Positions 35,318 through 48,868 of a DNA stretch of 64,000 nt are shown here, piece after piece. The stretch spans positions 204,061,199 through 204,125,198 of the forward strand of contig NC_052146.1 of NCBI RefSeq assembly GCF_902713615.1, read 5' to 3'. This DNA comes from Scyliorhinus canicula (taxonomy: Eukaryota). The first letter of the stretch is position 1; the number at the start of each line of letters is the position of its first letter. The position numbers and the translations under genes were made by a program. The notes beneath the pieces were generated by a model. It ran no database searches. It was not told the origin of the DNA and saw only the letters and a list, made by a program, of their open reading frames with translations.

Positions 35318-37588
35318 TATCTATTCCCCTGATCATCTTATAAACCTCTATCAAGTTGCCCCTCATCCTTCTCCGTTCTAATGAGAAAAGGCCTAGCGCC
35401 CTCAACCTTTCCTCGTATGACCTACTCCCCATTCCAGGCAACATCCTGGTAAATCTCCTTTGCACCTTTTCCAAAGCTTCCCCATCCTTCCTAAAATGAG
35501 GCGGCCAGAACTGCACACAGTACTCCAAATGTGGCTTTACCAAGGTTTTGTACAGCTGCATCATCACCTCACGGCTCTTAAATTCAATCCCTCTGCTAAT
35601 GAACGCTAGCACACCATAGGCCTTCTTCACAGCTCTATCCACTTGAGTGGCAACTTTTAAAGATCTATGAACATAGACCCCAAGATCTCTCTGCTCCTCC
35701 ACATTGCCAAGAACCCTACCATTAACCCTGTATTCCGCATTCATATTTGTCCTTCCAAAATGGACAACCTCACACTTTTCAGGGTTAAACTCCATCTGCC
35801 ACTTCTCAGCCCAGCTCTGCATCCTATCTATGTATTTTTGCAGCCAACAATAGCCCTCCTCACTACCCACAACTCCACCAATCTTCGTATTGTCTGCAAA
35901 TTGACTGACCCACCCTTCAAGTCCCTCACCCGTCATTAATGAAAATCACAAACAGCAGAGGACCCAGAACTGATCCCTGCGTTACGCCACTGGTAACTGG
36001 GCTCCAGGCTGAATATTTGCCATCCACCACCACTCTCTGATTTCTATTAGTTAGCCAGTTCGTTATCCAACTGACCAAATTTCCCACTATCCCATGCCTC
36101 CTTACTTTCTGCATAAGCCTACCATGGGGAACCTTATCAAATGCCTTACTAAAATCCATGTATACTACATCCACTGCTTTACCTTCATCCTCATGCTTGG
36201 TCACCTCCTCAAAGAATTCAGCAAGACTTGTAAGGCAAGACCTACCCCTCACAAATCCGTGCTGACTATCCCTAATCAAGCAGTGTTTTTCCAGATGCTC
36301 AGAAATCCTATCCCTCAGTACCCTTTCCATTAATTTGCCTACCACCGAAGTAAGACTAACTGGCCTGTAATTCCCAGGGTTATCCCTATTCTCTTTTTTG
36401 AACAGGGGCACGACATTCGCCACTCTCCAATCTCCTGGTACCACCCCTGTTGACAGTGAGGACGAAAAGATCATTCCCAACGGCTTTGCAATTTCATCTC
36501 TTGCTTCCCGTAGAATCCTTGGATATATCCCGTTAGGCTCGGGGGACTTGTCTATCCTCAAGTTTTTCAAAATGCCCAACACATCTTCCTTCGTAACAAG
36601 TATCTCCTCGAGCTCACCGGTCTGTTTCACACTGTCCTCTCCAACAATATGGCCCCTCTCATTTGTAAATACAGAAGAAAAGTATTCGTTCAAGACCTCT
36701 CCTATCTCTTCAGACTCAATACACAATCTCCCGCTACTGTCCTTGATCAGCCATACCCTCGCTCGAGTCATTCTCATATTTCTCACATATGTGTAAAAGG
36801 CCTTGGGGTTTTCCTTGATCCTACCCGCCAAAGATTTTTCATGCCCTCTCTTAGCTCTCCTAATCCCTTTCTTCTGTTCTCTTCTGGCTATCTTGTATCC
36901 CTCCAGCGCCCTGTCTGAACCTTGTTTCCTCAGCCTTACACAAGTCTCCTTCTTCCTCTTCACAAGACATTCAACCTCTCTTGTCCACCATAGTTCCCTC
37001 ACTTGACCATCTCTTCCCTGCCTGACAGGGACATACATATCAAGGACACGTAGTACCTGTTCCTTGAACAAGTTCCACATTTCACTTGTGTCCTTCCCTG
37101 AGAGCCTATGTTCCCAACCTATGCACTTCAATTCTTGTCTGACAGCATCGTATTTACCCTTCCCCCAATTGTAAACCTTGCCCTGTTGCACGCACCTATC
37201 CCTCTCCATTACTAAAGTGAAAGTCACAGAATTGTGGTCTCCAAAATGCTCTCCCACTAACAAATCTATCACTTGCTCTGGTTCATTACCAAGTACCAAA
37301 TCTAATATGCCCTCCCCTCTGGTTGGACAATCTACATACTGTGTTAGAAAAGCTTCCTGGACACACTGCACAAACACCACCCCATCCAAACTATTTGATC
37401 TAAAGAGTTTCCACTCAATGTTTGGGAAGTTGAAGTCGCCCATGAATACTACCCTGTGACTTCTGCACCTTTACAAAATCTGTTTCCCAATCTGTTCCTC
37501 CACATTTCTGCTGCTATTGGGGGGCCTATAGAAAACTCCCAACAAGGTGACTGCTCCTTTCCTATTTCTGACTTCAACCCATACTACC
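35318..37588 (-). pseudogene. CR1 ORF2 endonuclease-reverse transcriptase, disabled
   Basis: ORFs 35926-37443 (505 aa) and 35145-35936 are joined by a frameshift at about 35935; catalytic FADD is changed to FADN; a stop lies at about 37472. Confidence 0.92.
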
Positions 37589-37964
37589 TTTCTTGCGGCT
37601 AATTTTTGTTGACACATTTCTTGACGTGACTAAGTTTCAGAATGAAACGGACAATGAAAAGTTCAACTTTCTTTTCTTACATTCTGTTCCCCTGCTCATT
37701 TTTGTGTTGAATTTGACACCAGAGAGAAAATATGGCCTCTGTATGTTGAGTCCAATAATGCTCTTCGTACAACTCGTACTCAAACTAATTCTTTCACAAG
37801 TCTTCAAAACTCTCAAACACCTTCCCTTCCTTTGAAAACATTCAAGCTTCAAGGCCCAAGCTCGGCATCACTAATTCTCACTCGTCTCTGCCCTCTGGGA
37901 TTCCCTATCTGAGTGTTTGTTTACCTTAAAAGAACTTCACAGACTACTTGCGCTACTTGGGTTA

Positions 37965-38188
37965 TGTAATGACTTTGGCCAGGCCTTTGAGATTGGCCAA
38001 CTAGAATACGAGTTCCCTGATTAGTGGCCCAATCAGGGAACCCCTTTCTGTGTATATAACAGGGAGTGTCCGATCCTCTGCTCTACCGGTGTAGACAGCA
38101 GACTGAATGGTCATGGTTGTTCAGCTGTTGGGTTTGTAACTAAAAGGAATTCTGGTGACAGGACTTCTGCCTCCGTGGACTTATTACA
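37965..38188 (+). mobile_element. Small solo LTR (224 bp)
   Basis: TGTAAT...ATTACA termini, TATATAA box, TSD GGTTA/GGCTA. Confidence 0.8.
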
Positions 38189-38650
38189 GGCTATGTATTT
38201 TCATGCAAAATAGCCATTAATCCACAGCAAAGCAGAATGTACAATTCTTGTACAAATCCATTCTGCTTTGATTTTAGAAAGAGTTTAAGGGGTGGGTGTG
38301 ATTGTGAAAAGGAACAACAAGACTTCTTTTCGACCTACCTATTTAAATTTCAAAAGAACCTCATGGCATTTCAGGCACCTTCCACCATCATTTAAGCCAA
38401 GGTCCTGCTCAAAGGATATGTTATTTAAATTACCATTGTTACAGTGCAGAAGGAGGCCATTCGGCCCATTGTGTCTGCACTGGCTCTCCAAATGAGCAAC
38501 AAAACTTAGTGCCATTACCCTCCCTTATCGCCGAATCCTGGCAATTTTTTTCTATTCAAATAATCATCTAATGCCCTCTTGAATGTTTCAATTTAAAAGT
38601 GATTCCATGCATCCCCAGCTTCTGCTAATTTTTCCCATGTACGACAACCA

Positions 38651-39354
38651 GACTGCTTCCCAAACTGTGGGTCGCGGGATGAGATTGTGAGCTCTGAGGC
38701 ACTAATGGCTGCTGTGGAGCTTGCACTGATTTCCAATAGTATTAAGGCCCCTTTAAGTGTTTAAGTGTTTTTTTGTTGGTAAATGTGACCATGGCCTATT
38801 CTGTTGCCTCACAGCGCCAGGGACCTTGGTTCGATTCCGACCTTGGATGCCTGTGTGGAATTTGCACGTTCTAACTGTGGCTGTGTGAGTTTCCTCTGGG
38901 TGCACTGGTTTCCTCCCACAATCCAAAGGTGTACAGGTTCAGTGAATTAGCTGTATCATTGTGCAGGGTGCGAGGCGGTGAGGGTGAGAGTGGATGAGAT
39001 TGAGTGAGGTAGAGAGTGGATGAGGGTGAGTGAGGATGAGAGTGTGTGGGTGGGTGAGAAAGTATGGGAGCGAGTGGTCCCATTAAAAATGACAAAAAGA
39101 AGACATTATTTGTTGAATATTTTATTTGAATTATTTGTTCAATAACAGAGCTCTTTTATCATAATAAATTTATACGTATGAGAAATAGAAACATCTTTGA
39201 AGTTTGTTTTTGTATGTTTGTACCTATTGTGCAATAATAATCATTTTATTTGTGGTTTAATTCTTCAGCACAATAAAAATGTTTCTCAAGTGTTCCATCA
39301 GTACTCTTGCGAGGTCAAACGGGATTCCGTGGCTGGAAATGTTTGGGAAACATG
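38651..39354. mobile_element. Old hAT-like MITE remnant containing a SINE fragment (38800-38970) and a GA/GT-rich low-complexity tract
   Basis: ctgcttcccaaactgtgggtcgcg at the left end and tgtttgggaaacatgg at the right end. Confidence 0.45.
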
Positions 39355-39764
39355 GAACTTTTCCAAAAGCTAGTCACATATGCCACTGATTTCAACAGTG
39401 CCAATTTGTTCTTCGTTTATTCTGGCTAAGTGAACATTTCTTTAGAAGGGCAGGGACTATCAGATAAAGGTTGTTGTAACTTTATCCTTCTTCTGTACTA
39501 TTAGTACCATAATTAGATGACAAGAAACATTATCTGTGATATAGACAGGTTCTACTATTTTCAATTTAAAGCTGTTTGTAAATTGATGTCATTTTGAACT
39601 CTTGGTGATTGAGATTACCACAGGCTGACAGACCTGGACCACAAACGACTAGCATTGGGAATTTATGTGTTTTGTTATGATTTATTCCTAAAATCACAAT
39701 GACAAATCAAAGAAGCAAAGTTAATGGCGATAATTTAAGACAACGTGATTTTTTAAAACGTTTC

Positions 39765-40520
39765 CACGGGACGTGGGCATCGCTGGTTATGCCAACATTT
39801 GTTGCCCATTCCTAATTGCCCTTGAGAAGGTGGTGATGAGCTGCCTTTTTGAACCATTACAGTGCCGTGGTGTAAGCAAACCCACAGTGCTGTTAGGGAG
39901 GGAGTTCCAGGATTTTGCCCAAGTGACATTGAAGAAACAGGGATATAGTTTCTAGACAGTATGGTGAGTGGCTTGGAGGGGAACTTATAGGTGGTGGTGT
40001 TTCCATGTATCTGCTCCCCTTGTCTTTCTAAGTGGTAGAGATTCCAGGTTTTGAAGATGCTGTTGAAGGAGGCTTGATGCAACTTAACTTGTGGGTGATA
40101 ATAATAATCTTTTACTGTCACAAGTATGAAGTTACTGTGAAAAACCCCTTGTCGCCAATTCCGGCGCCTGTTCTGGTAAGCTGGTTTGGGAATATGAACC
40201 CCTGTTGCTAGCCTTGTTCTGCATCACAAACCAGCTGTCTAGCCCACTGAGCTAAACCGGCCCTCTACACACACTGCTGCTACTGTGGATCAGTGATGGT
40301 TGGATGAGTGAATGTTGATGGTGGTTGCTTAGGTGTCAATCAGGTGGGGTGCATTTTCCTGGACGATGTTGAGTTTCTTGAGTGTTGTTGGAGCTGCACT
40401 CATCCTGGCAAGTAGAAAGTATTCCATCACTTGTGCCTTGAAGATTCTGGATTAGTTTTCAGGAGCCATGCAAAGAGTTACTCTCTCCAGGATTCCCAGC
40501 CTCTGACCTGTTCATGTAAT
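39765..40520 (-). mobile_element. CR1/L2-group LINE 3' end, interrupted by a head-2 plus tail Y SINE (about 40100-40262)
   Basis: Homologous to 33575-34005; tail cccatcctaattgcccttgagaaggtggtgatgagc. Confidence 0.75.
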
Positions 40521-40629
40521 GCCTAATTTAAAGGGAGCGCTCATTCACTTGTCTAAAATGCAGATTTATTTGTCCAAAATTTAAGTGACAAATGACTAGG
40601 CAAAAATCTGGGGCTTTATTCTCCTGGAT

Positions 40630-40959
40630 CTAGAACATAGAACATAGAACAGTACAGCACAGAACAGGCCCTCGATGTTGTGCCGAGCAATGATCACCCT
40701 ACTTAAACCCACGTAACCCGTATACCCGTAACCCAACAATCCCCCCATTAACCTTACACTACGGGCAATTTAGTATGGCCAATCCACCTAACCCGCACAT
40801 CTTTGGACTGTGGGAGGAAACCGGAGCACCCGGAGGAAACCCACGCACACACGGGGAGGACGTGCAGACTCCACACAGACAGTGACCCAGCCGAGAATCG
40901 AACCTGGGACCCTGGAGCTGTGAAGCATTGATGCTAACCACCATGCTACCGTGAGGCCC
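40630..40959 (-). mobile_element. HE1-type SINE, tail variant ending (ttctatg)n
   Basis: Tail ...ctcggcacaacatcgagggcctgttctgtgctgtactgttctatg resembles the 3' end of the CR1 at 34110-34190. Confidence 0.88.
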
Positions 40960-41529
40960 TATAAAATCTGTTATGATCCCAGTTGATGTTATAACTGGAC
41001 GGGAAGATTCCAGGATGAAACTCTGGTGCAGATGATTGTAACTTTTACTTTTTTTTAATAATATGTGGCAGAAGAGACTCATGTGACTGCTAATTAACAG
41101 CAAGAAAATAAATATTTATTGAACAAGAAAGGTTGGATAATTATACAACCCTCCTTTAAAATCTTCATTCATAATTATGCTTTCTCTTGGGGGTTTTTCA
41201 TTCCGAAATCTGGACTAGGTTTTCCAAGTGACACTTTTAAACAGTGAATCCAGTCTAGGAATTTACACCATCCGTTTTAGGATTTCTTTGTCTTGTCTGC
41301 TGTGTAAACTGTTCACAATTGCTTTAACTCTCGATTCCCCGACTGTATTAAAATGACATCAAACATTTCATCTACCTCTGGAGTCTGATGTCCCAAGTTA
41401 AATATAATTACTGCAATTATCTCTTGAACTCAGACCACTTTGTTTTACTCTTCTTTGAATTCTTCTAAATAATACCTTGGTCTCTGTTCATTTAACTTCA
41501 GTTGTCATGAACATTCTTTCTGTCCCAAT

Positions 41530-42575
41530 TCATGAAGGGAAGGTCATGCCTGACTACTTTTTTGAAGAGGTGACTAAGGTAGTGGACAGGGGAATGTCTA
41601 TGGATGTTATTTATATGGACTTCCAGAAGGCAACTAATAAAGTCCCGCGTAGGAGCTTGTTAACTAAAGTGGAAGCTCATGAAGTTGAGGTCAAATTACT
41701 GAAATGGTTAGGAAATTGATTGAAGGGAAGGTTACAAAATGGAGATAATGGACAAGACTCTGATTAGCAGAATGTGACGAGTGGTGTACCACAGGGATCT
41801 GTGTTGGGGCCTCAGTTATTCACATTATTCATTATTGACTTGGATGATAGAAAGTCATGTATTCAAATTTGCTGGTGATACAAACTTAGGTGGCATCATA
41901 GACAGTCTAGACTTGCATAGGTCCTTATAATGCCATGATCAAGTGCAGAAAATAATCAAAAAGCTTACCTTTATATCTAGAGGATTGGAGTATAAAGACA
42001 CTAATGTTATGCTGATGCTATACAAAACACTGGTTAGACCTCACTTGGAGTACTGTGTGCAGTTCTGGGCACCACACCTTAGGAAGGGCTATTTTGGCCT
42101 TCGAGGGAGTGCAATGCAGATTTACAAAAAATGAAACCTGGACTACAGGGATAAGTTACAAGGAGAGATTGCACAAATTAGGCGAGTTTTCGCTGGAATT
42201 TAGAAGGTTAGTGGGTGATCGGATCAATGAATTTAAGATATTAACAGAGAAAGACAGGTAGATAAAGATAAACTATTTCCACTGGTTAGAGATTCTAAAA
42301 TGAGGGGTCATAGTCTAAAGGTTAGGGCCAGACTGTTCAGGAGAGTTGTTAGGAAGCACTACTTCACCCAAACAAAAAGTGGTAGAGGTTTGGAACTCTC
42401 TCCCACAAGTAGCAGTTGAAGCTAGATCAGTTGATAATTTTAGATCTGAGATGGATAGGGTTTTTGCTCAGCAAAAATATTAAGGGATTATGGGCCAAAG
42501 GCAGATATATGGAGTTAGGCCACAGGTCAGTCATGATCTTATTAAATGGAGGGACAGACTGGAGAGGCTGAATGC
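41530..42575 (+). mobile_element. Decayed CR1 3' fragment
   Basis: FFEEVTK...DVIYMDFQKA; [19 protein letters not shown]; 3' UTR present. Confidence 0.9.
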
Positions 42576-42897
42576 TTACTCCTGTTCCTATGGTCCTAAT
42601 TCCCTGGTTATCAGGGCTGTATATTGTTCCTTCAGAAGATTGCATCTTTGCAACTCCCTTGTCCTGTCCAGCTTCTCCTAGCAGAGTTGAGAGAGATTCA
42701 TTCCTCATATCCTGCCTCCAGCTGCTCTCAAATTACATAAACTAAAACTTAAAAGATTTTTTATCTTAGAAGGCCTTCCATAAGCCACATGCTGATGTGT
42801 TTTATTTACTCTTCACACTGTAGCCCTCTCTAAACACAAAAGATACACAGTTGGAACTTAATCAACTCCAACACATACAAACACCTTTGCCCAACAT

Positions 42898-43807
42898 GAA
42901 TTGCAGATGACACCAAGATTGGTGACGTAGTTGATAGTGAAGAAGGTTATATAAGACTGCAATAGGATATTGACCAATTGGGCCAATGGGTCGATGAATG
43001 GTAGATGGAGTTTAATTTGGATAAATGTGAGGTGATGCATTTTGGTAGATCAAATAAGGACAGGACCTACTCAGTTAATGGTAGGGAGTTGGGGAGTGAA
43101 CAAAGAGGTCTAGGGGTGCAGGTTCATAGCTCCTTGAAGGTGGAGTCGCAGGTGGACAGGATGGTGAAGAAGGCATTCTGCATGCCAAGTTTTATTGGTC
43201 AAAATATTGAATACAGGAGTTGGGGTGACTTGTTGAAGTTGTACAAGACATTAGTAAGACCACACATGGAATACTGTGTTCAGTTCTGGTCACCCTATTA
43301 TAGGAAGGATATTGTTAAACTAGAAAGAGTGTAGAAGAGATTTACGAGGATGCTACCAGGACTTGATGGTCTGAGCTATAAGGAGAGGCTGGATAGGCTG
43401 GGACTTTTAGGAGGCTTTGGGGTGTACTTATAGAGGTCTATAAAATAATGAGGGGTATAGATAAGGTAGATAGTCAACATCTTCTCCCAAAGGTAGAGCA
43501 GTCTAGAACTAGAGGGCATAGGTTTAAGGTGAGAGGGGGAAAGATACAAAAGAGACCAGAGGGGAAATCTTTTCACACAGAGGGTGGTGAGCATCTGGAA
43601 TGGGCTGCCAGAGGCAGTGGTAGAGGCCGGTACAAATTTTTCCTTTAAAAAAATAGTTAGTTACATGGGCAGGGTGGGTACAGAGGGATATGGGTCAAAT
43701 GTGGGCAAGTGGGATTAGCTTAGTGATAGAAACTGGGCGGCATGGACAAGCTGGGCCGAAGGGCCTGTTTCCATGCTGTAAACATCTATGACTCTATGAC
43801 TCTATGA
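42898..43807 (+). mobile_element. CR1 3' fragment
   Basis: ADDTKIG...MEFNLDKCEVMHFG...LVRPHMEYCVQFWSP; (ctatgact)n tail. Confidence 0.92.
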
Positions 43808-44384
43808 ATCTAGCTATAGGTTTTATCCTTCCAGGCACAGGAGCATTAAGTTAAACACAATTAAAACTATACCTTATTTCTAATGTTTACCTCTACAATA
43901 TATATCTCTGAAAGCTACCTTTGTTTTCCGAACAGATCACATGAACCTCCTCTTGTCAATTGCGTCAGTGATTGGCCAATTATGAAAAATGAATGTACTG
44001 TATCATATTTCTACCCTGAACTCATATGGGTTCTCTGATAACCATATTGTGTCTTTTTGAAGTCAGTTCATGCTTCAAAATTACACTTTACTACAAGATT
44101 ATAGAGGTTGTATTTGACCATACTGATTGACAGACTACCGAGTACATTGCCAAACTGTAGTCAATTGCAAAGAAAACATTGAAACAGTGGCAGAGGGGAA
44201 TGGGTGGACTTTTGTTCCAATTATTGTTGGATAGTTAGGTTTGAAAAGTTAAGGGTATAAAAGAGGGATGCTGCCCTGTTATTTGAAGACATCAATTTTG
44301 CCTGTTTAAACCGAATAAAATGCCGATAGCCATTCTCTCATTCATTTCCCAGGGCAATGCCTTGTCCAATCAGAGTGAACCTGC

Positions 44385-44778
44385 TGTCATAATATACATC
44401 TATGTATATAATGAAGTGCAGACAAGCACTGATTGACGCACAGGATGACCAGTAACCACAGAGAACACAGCAGCCAATCACCAGACAGGACACGACCACT
44501 ATAAAGCCAGAGGGCACTAGCTTTCCCGCTCTTTCGGGATCCAGCCTCTGGGACAGTCAGAGCTCATGAATATAGCCAGTGCAAACACCATGTGATAGTC
44601 AGCAAGTCTGGTCAGGCTAGCATCAGGTCTCCAGTCAAGTCAGCATTGTGTCAACCCACAGTCGGATATGTAAATAGTTAAATAAAATCATGTTGCATTT
44701 CTTCAAGTGTTGGAAGTCTGTCTCTCGCTACACTGCATCAAACGCAGTCCACCTGGACCCAGCCTACCCAACACATCA
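44385..44778 (+). mobile_element. Solo LTR (family B)
   Basis: TGTCAT...ACATCA with a 5-bp TSD CCTGC; homologue of 14654-15055. Confidence 0.9.
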
Positions 44779-46890
44779 CCTGCCTAGTTTGAATTTAAAG
44801 AAAGTTTGGCAGTTAACTGTCGGTCATCAGTTAAGATGGTTCATTCTCAATTTCCGGTGACGGGGATGTACTGAGCAGTCGCACATCAGGTGACTCTCCT
44901 CCAGAATACAGTAAAATAGGCACTTTTGGATGAATTTAGCCCCAAATTTCAGACTTATTATACCTTTAAACAAAAGGAAGAGAAAAAGAGCAATATGCCA
45001 GCAAGTTGTAGCCCAAGAGGCCGCAGGGAAGCCAGAAGCTGTGGGAAAGGGCCGGAGCAGCGAGTGAGCGAGTCGGCGGACCCACGATGCGCGGGGTCTC
45101 CTGCCATCTCCGAGAGAGGGAGACCGATGACCTGGACAACAGGCTCCCCCACCACCTTGAGAGAGATGGAAGATATTCTGAACTAAGGAATTGACCGCGA
45201 TGAAGGAAGAGATCAAAGTGGAGATCCAGGTGGCAGTCAAGGTGGCGATGGCAGAGGTGCTGGTTGCCATGCAGACGGCGCTCAATGGAATGGGGAAGAA
45301 GCTGGAGGCTCAAGGGAAGACAATCCAGTAGCTCGAAAAGGTGTCTACTGACCAGAGCACCAGTAGACCTGGGAAATGTGTCTGTGTCCAACTGGGATGA
45401 CACGTAATTTATAAAGAAGATCATTGTGGAAATTCCCGACATAGACACGCACTGACTAATCATGGGGGGGTGGACTTTAACTGCATACGGGACCCATTGA
45501 CAGACAGATCAAACCCCAGAACAGGGAAAACAACAGGCATGGCTACGGAACTGGGAACGTCAATGGAGCAGATGGAGGCAGTGGATGCACGGCATTCCTG
45601 CACTCAGATGAGAAGGAATTTTCGTTCTTCTCACCAGTACACAAGGTCTACACCCACATTAACATCTTTGTAGTGGGGAAATCGCTGCTTCCAGAAATAG
45701 TCAGGGCAGAATACTCCGTGATTGAAATCTCCGACTACACTCCACATTATATGGATGTGAGGTTGGAGACAGGTCGTGTCCAACGTCCCCTATGGAGGTT
45801 GGACACGGCCCTCTTGGACGTCAAGGTCTCCTACCAGAAGACGGGTATGTTACGAACAACTGGAACAGGGAAGTCTCACCTTGCAAGCTCTGGGAAGCAC
45901 TGAGGGCTGTGATTAGGGGAGAAATTATAGCCTACAAGGCTCATAGAGAAAGGGAAGTACAAGGCTCATAGAGATCGGGAAGAGAGGTTGGCTAAGCAGC
46001 AACATATCAACTCCATCCTGGAGGTTGACAGACAGTACTCCGAGGCCCCTACCTTGGAGCTTCTGGTGGAGAGGAAAAAGCTAGAGATGGACTTTAACTG
46101 CTATCCACCAGGAAGATAGTGCACCACTCTGCCAGGCACAGGGGACCTTCTATGAACACAGAGAGAAGACTAGCTGGCTGCTGGCTCACTAGCTGAGAAA
46201 GCAGGCAGCCACGAGGAAAATAGCCCAGGTAAAGGACAGCAGGAGCGGACTGGTAGCCGAACCAAAAAAGGTCAACCAAGCATTTGAGGCCTTCACTTGG
46301 GGACTGTACACCTCTGAGCCCTCCGACAGGGATTCGAGGATGAAAGGGTTCCTCGAGGGACTGGACGTGTAAATCATGGGGGATGACAGACGGGGGAGCT
46401 GGAAGCACCAATAGATTCATAGTAACTTTATTGCAGTGTTAATGTAAGCCTACTTGTGATACGAATAAAGATTATTAACCAAAGGAAGTCATGGAGAGCA
46501 TCGACTCCATTAAGGCGGGAAGGGTTCATTAAGGCCTGATGGGTTCCTGGCAAACCTCTAAAAAACATTTGTACCGGCTCTCACCCCGCACCTATGGGAG
46601 ATGTTCGGAGACTCACTAGCAAGGGGCACCTTGCCTCCAGTGCTAACACAGGCCACCATATCGCTGATACCCAAAAAAGACAAAGACCTGACGGAATGTG
46701 GATCATACAGACCCATTTCACTGCTCAATGTGGACATAAAAGTCGTGGCCATGAGACTGGAAAACTGCATATCAGAGGTGGTCACAGAGGACCAGACAGA
46801 CTTTGTCAAGGGTAGACAGCTAACTGAAAAATTCAGATGGCTGATGAATGTGATGCTGGCCCCATCCAGGGAGAGAACACCAGAGGTGAT

Positions 46891-48868
46891 TGTAATGTTA
46901 TGTATATATGTAGACAAGAAAAAGGTTAATTATTACATCTCAGTGTAATCCAACCACTAGAGGACACCAACTCAGGGGATCTTGAGTACTACTTCTGAAG
47001 TGTAAGAGAGATAGATCACAGCATAGTTAATAATGGATAGAAGCAGCATGTGTAGTTTAGGCTAATTATTACTTTAACATAGATTACTTGACTACTAGTT
47101 ATAGTTCCGTGAAGTGTGCAAACTCAATATCAATCAATCGTTAGTCAATAAATCAGTTTTGCTTTAAGTTAAAGAGTGGTGGTTTCTTCAGAATAACACC
47201 ATCAGACCATTCTGGATTACGAAGCAAAGAGTAACGATATATTACCAAAGAGTAATATAACATGGTACCAGGTGATTGGCTACAGAAACTAGCTAGCATA
47301 ATCTAGTAAGATTAGAAAAATGAAAAAAGCTAAGAAGCTACTCCGCTTGCGAAGCACTAACCTCAGAGTGCAAAACTTTGACAAATCCAGGATTGATGGA
47401 TAAAGCTCCAGCTCCTCAACATCTAAGGTTCACCGGTAACTTACATGTACGCTGGCGTTTGTTCAAGCAGCAATTGCAAATTTGTTTAGAAGCTTCCGAT
47501 TTGAATAATACTACCGATACTTGCAAAATTACTCTGCTGCTAACTATGGCTGGTTCACATGCAATTGAGATCTGTAATTCCTTTGAGTACACGACGGATC
47601 AAGACAAAATAAAGTTCAATGAAATTCTTGCAAAATTTGATAACCATTGTAAAATCCAAACTGAGGAAACGTTTGAGCATTTCTATTTAATAAGAGATTG
47701 CAAAACAAGGGTGAATCATTTAACAGCTTTGTACTGATCTGAGACTGAGAGCACAATCCTGTAACTTCTCCACACTGAATCATTCCATAATTAGGGATTA
47801 AATAGTCTTTGGTGTTAATGATGAACAGCTTAGAGAAAGATTACTTAGGCAAAAGGATATAACTGTAGAAATCGCGACTGAAATGTGTCGTGTTCATCAG
47901 CAATCGAAAAATCAATACCAAGAGTATTATCTCCATGAAAAGGGCACGGAAATTCACCATGAGGTAGAGTATGTAAAGGCAGTGTCGCAGATGAAGAAGA
48001 TACACGTGTCAGACAGCAGCCATCTTCCACGCGTGCATTCTAAGCCTTGATGCGCATGCGCACTTCGTCAAAAGATGTGACACAGGGCAGCACGGTGGTG
48101 CAGTGGGTTAGCCCTGCAGCCTCATGGCGCCAAGGTCCCAGGTTCGATCCCGGCTCTGGGTCAATGTCCCTGTGGAGTTTGGACATTCTCCCAGTATTTG
48201 TGTGGTTTTCACCCCCAGATCCCAAAAGATGTGCGGGTTTGGTGGATTGGTCACGCTAAATTGCTCCTTAGATGGAAAAAATGAATTGGTACTCTAAATT
48301 TATTTTTAAAAATGCGAGATGGCCGAAAGCCGATCTGCACATGCACGAAGAAGTGTCGTGCATGATGACATCAACGTCATGATGTGTTCAAGGTGTAGAA
48401 CCTCCCACTTTCAAAAACAATGCCCTGCCAGAGGAATACAATGCTCAAAATGTGGAAAATTAAACCATTTTGCTGCTCAGAGCAGATCCTCACTCACATT
48501 TAAATCTGCCAAACCCAATGCAAGACATATTAATGTACGAAGTGTTGAATCCAAGGAAGAAGATTTAGAACCGAAGTTTTCAACAGATGGTTACCCTCTG
48601 GAAAACACTTCCTTTGTAGGAATTGTAGAAAAATTTGATAACACTACTGAAGTAACATCACCTCTTAAAGTAATCATCCCCATTAATTCGGACACAGAAT
48701 GGAACACTATTAAAAGTAAACGACTGTCCAATGAAATTCACGTTGGATACAGGCACTTCAGCTAATTTGCTTATGAATCTTGATCTCTCAAAGCTCAAGC
48801 AAACACCTAAAATACTTCCAGCAGCCTGTAAATTAAAAGACTCAAATGGCAATTCAATCTCATCAATT
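46891..48868 (+). mobile_element. Gypsy 5' half (LTR-PBS-gag-protease) inserted in L1 RT
   Basis: LTR 46891-47262 (TGTAAT...TAACA, AATAAA); PBS TGGTACCAGG at 47263-47272 (complementary to a tRNA-Leu(UAA)-type 3' end); gag (FTGNLHVRWRLFKQQL), knuckles (CSRC..H...C; CSKCGKLNH), protease FTLDTGTS. Confidence 0.9.
48085..48312 (+). mobile_element. HE1-type SINE (short tail) in Gypsy gag
   Basis: Head, core and short tail present. Confidence 0.85.

Larger units (their letters stand above)
34110..37588 (-). mobile_element. Relatively young 5'-truncated CR1 (HER1-like) LINE
   Basis: ORF2 with endonuclease C-terminus (YRPP, GDFN, LDLV), RT (NYRPVSLTS, DFSKAFDKV, QGSVLGPLLF, FADN), 3' UTR and (ttctatg)n tail. 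It is interrupted by a hAT MITE and a SINE. Confidence 0.95.

Noticed and set aside
40969-44095. Possible long old LTR (TGTTATGATCCC...TACTACA) interrupted by two CR1 fragments
   Set aside because: There is no convincing TSD and no second copy in the window, so the boundaries cannot be supported.
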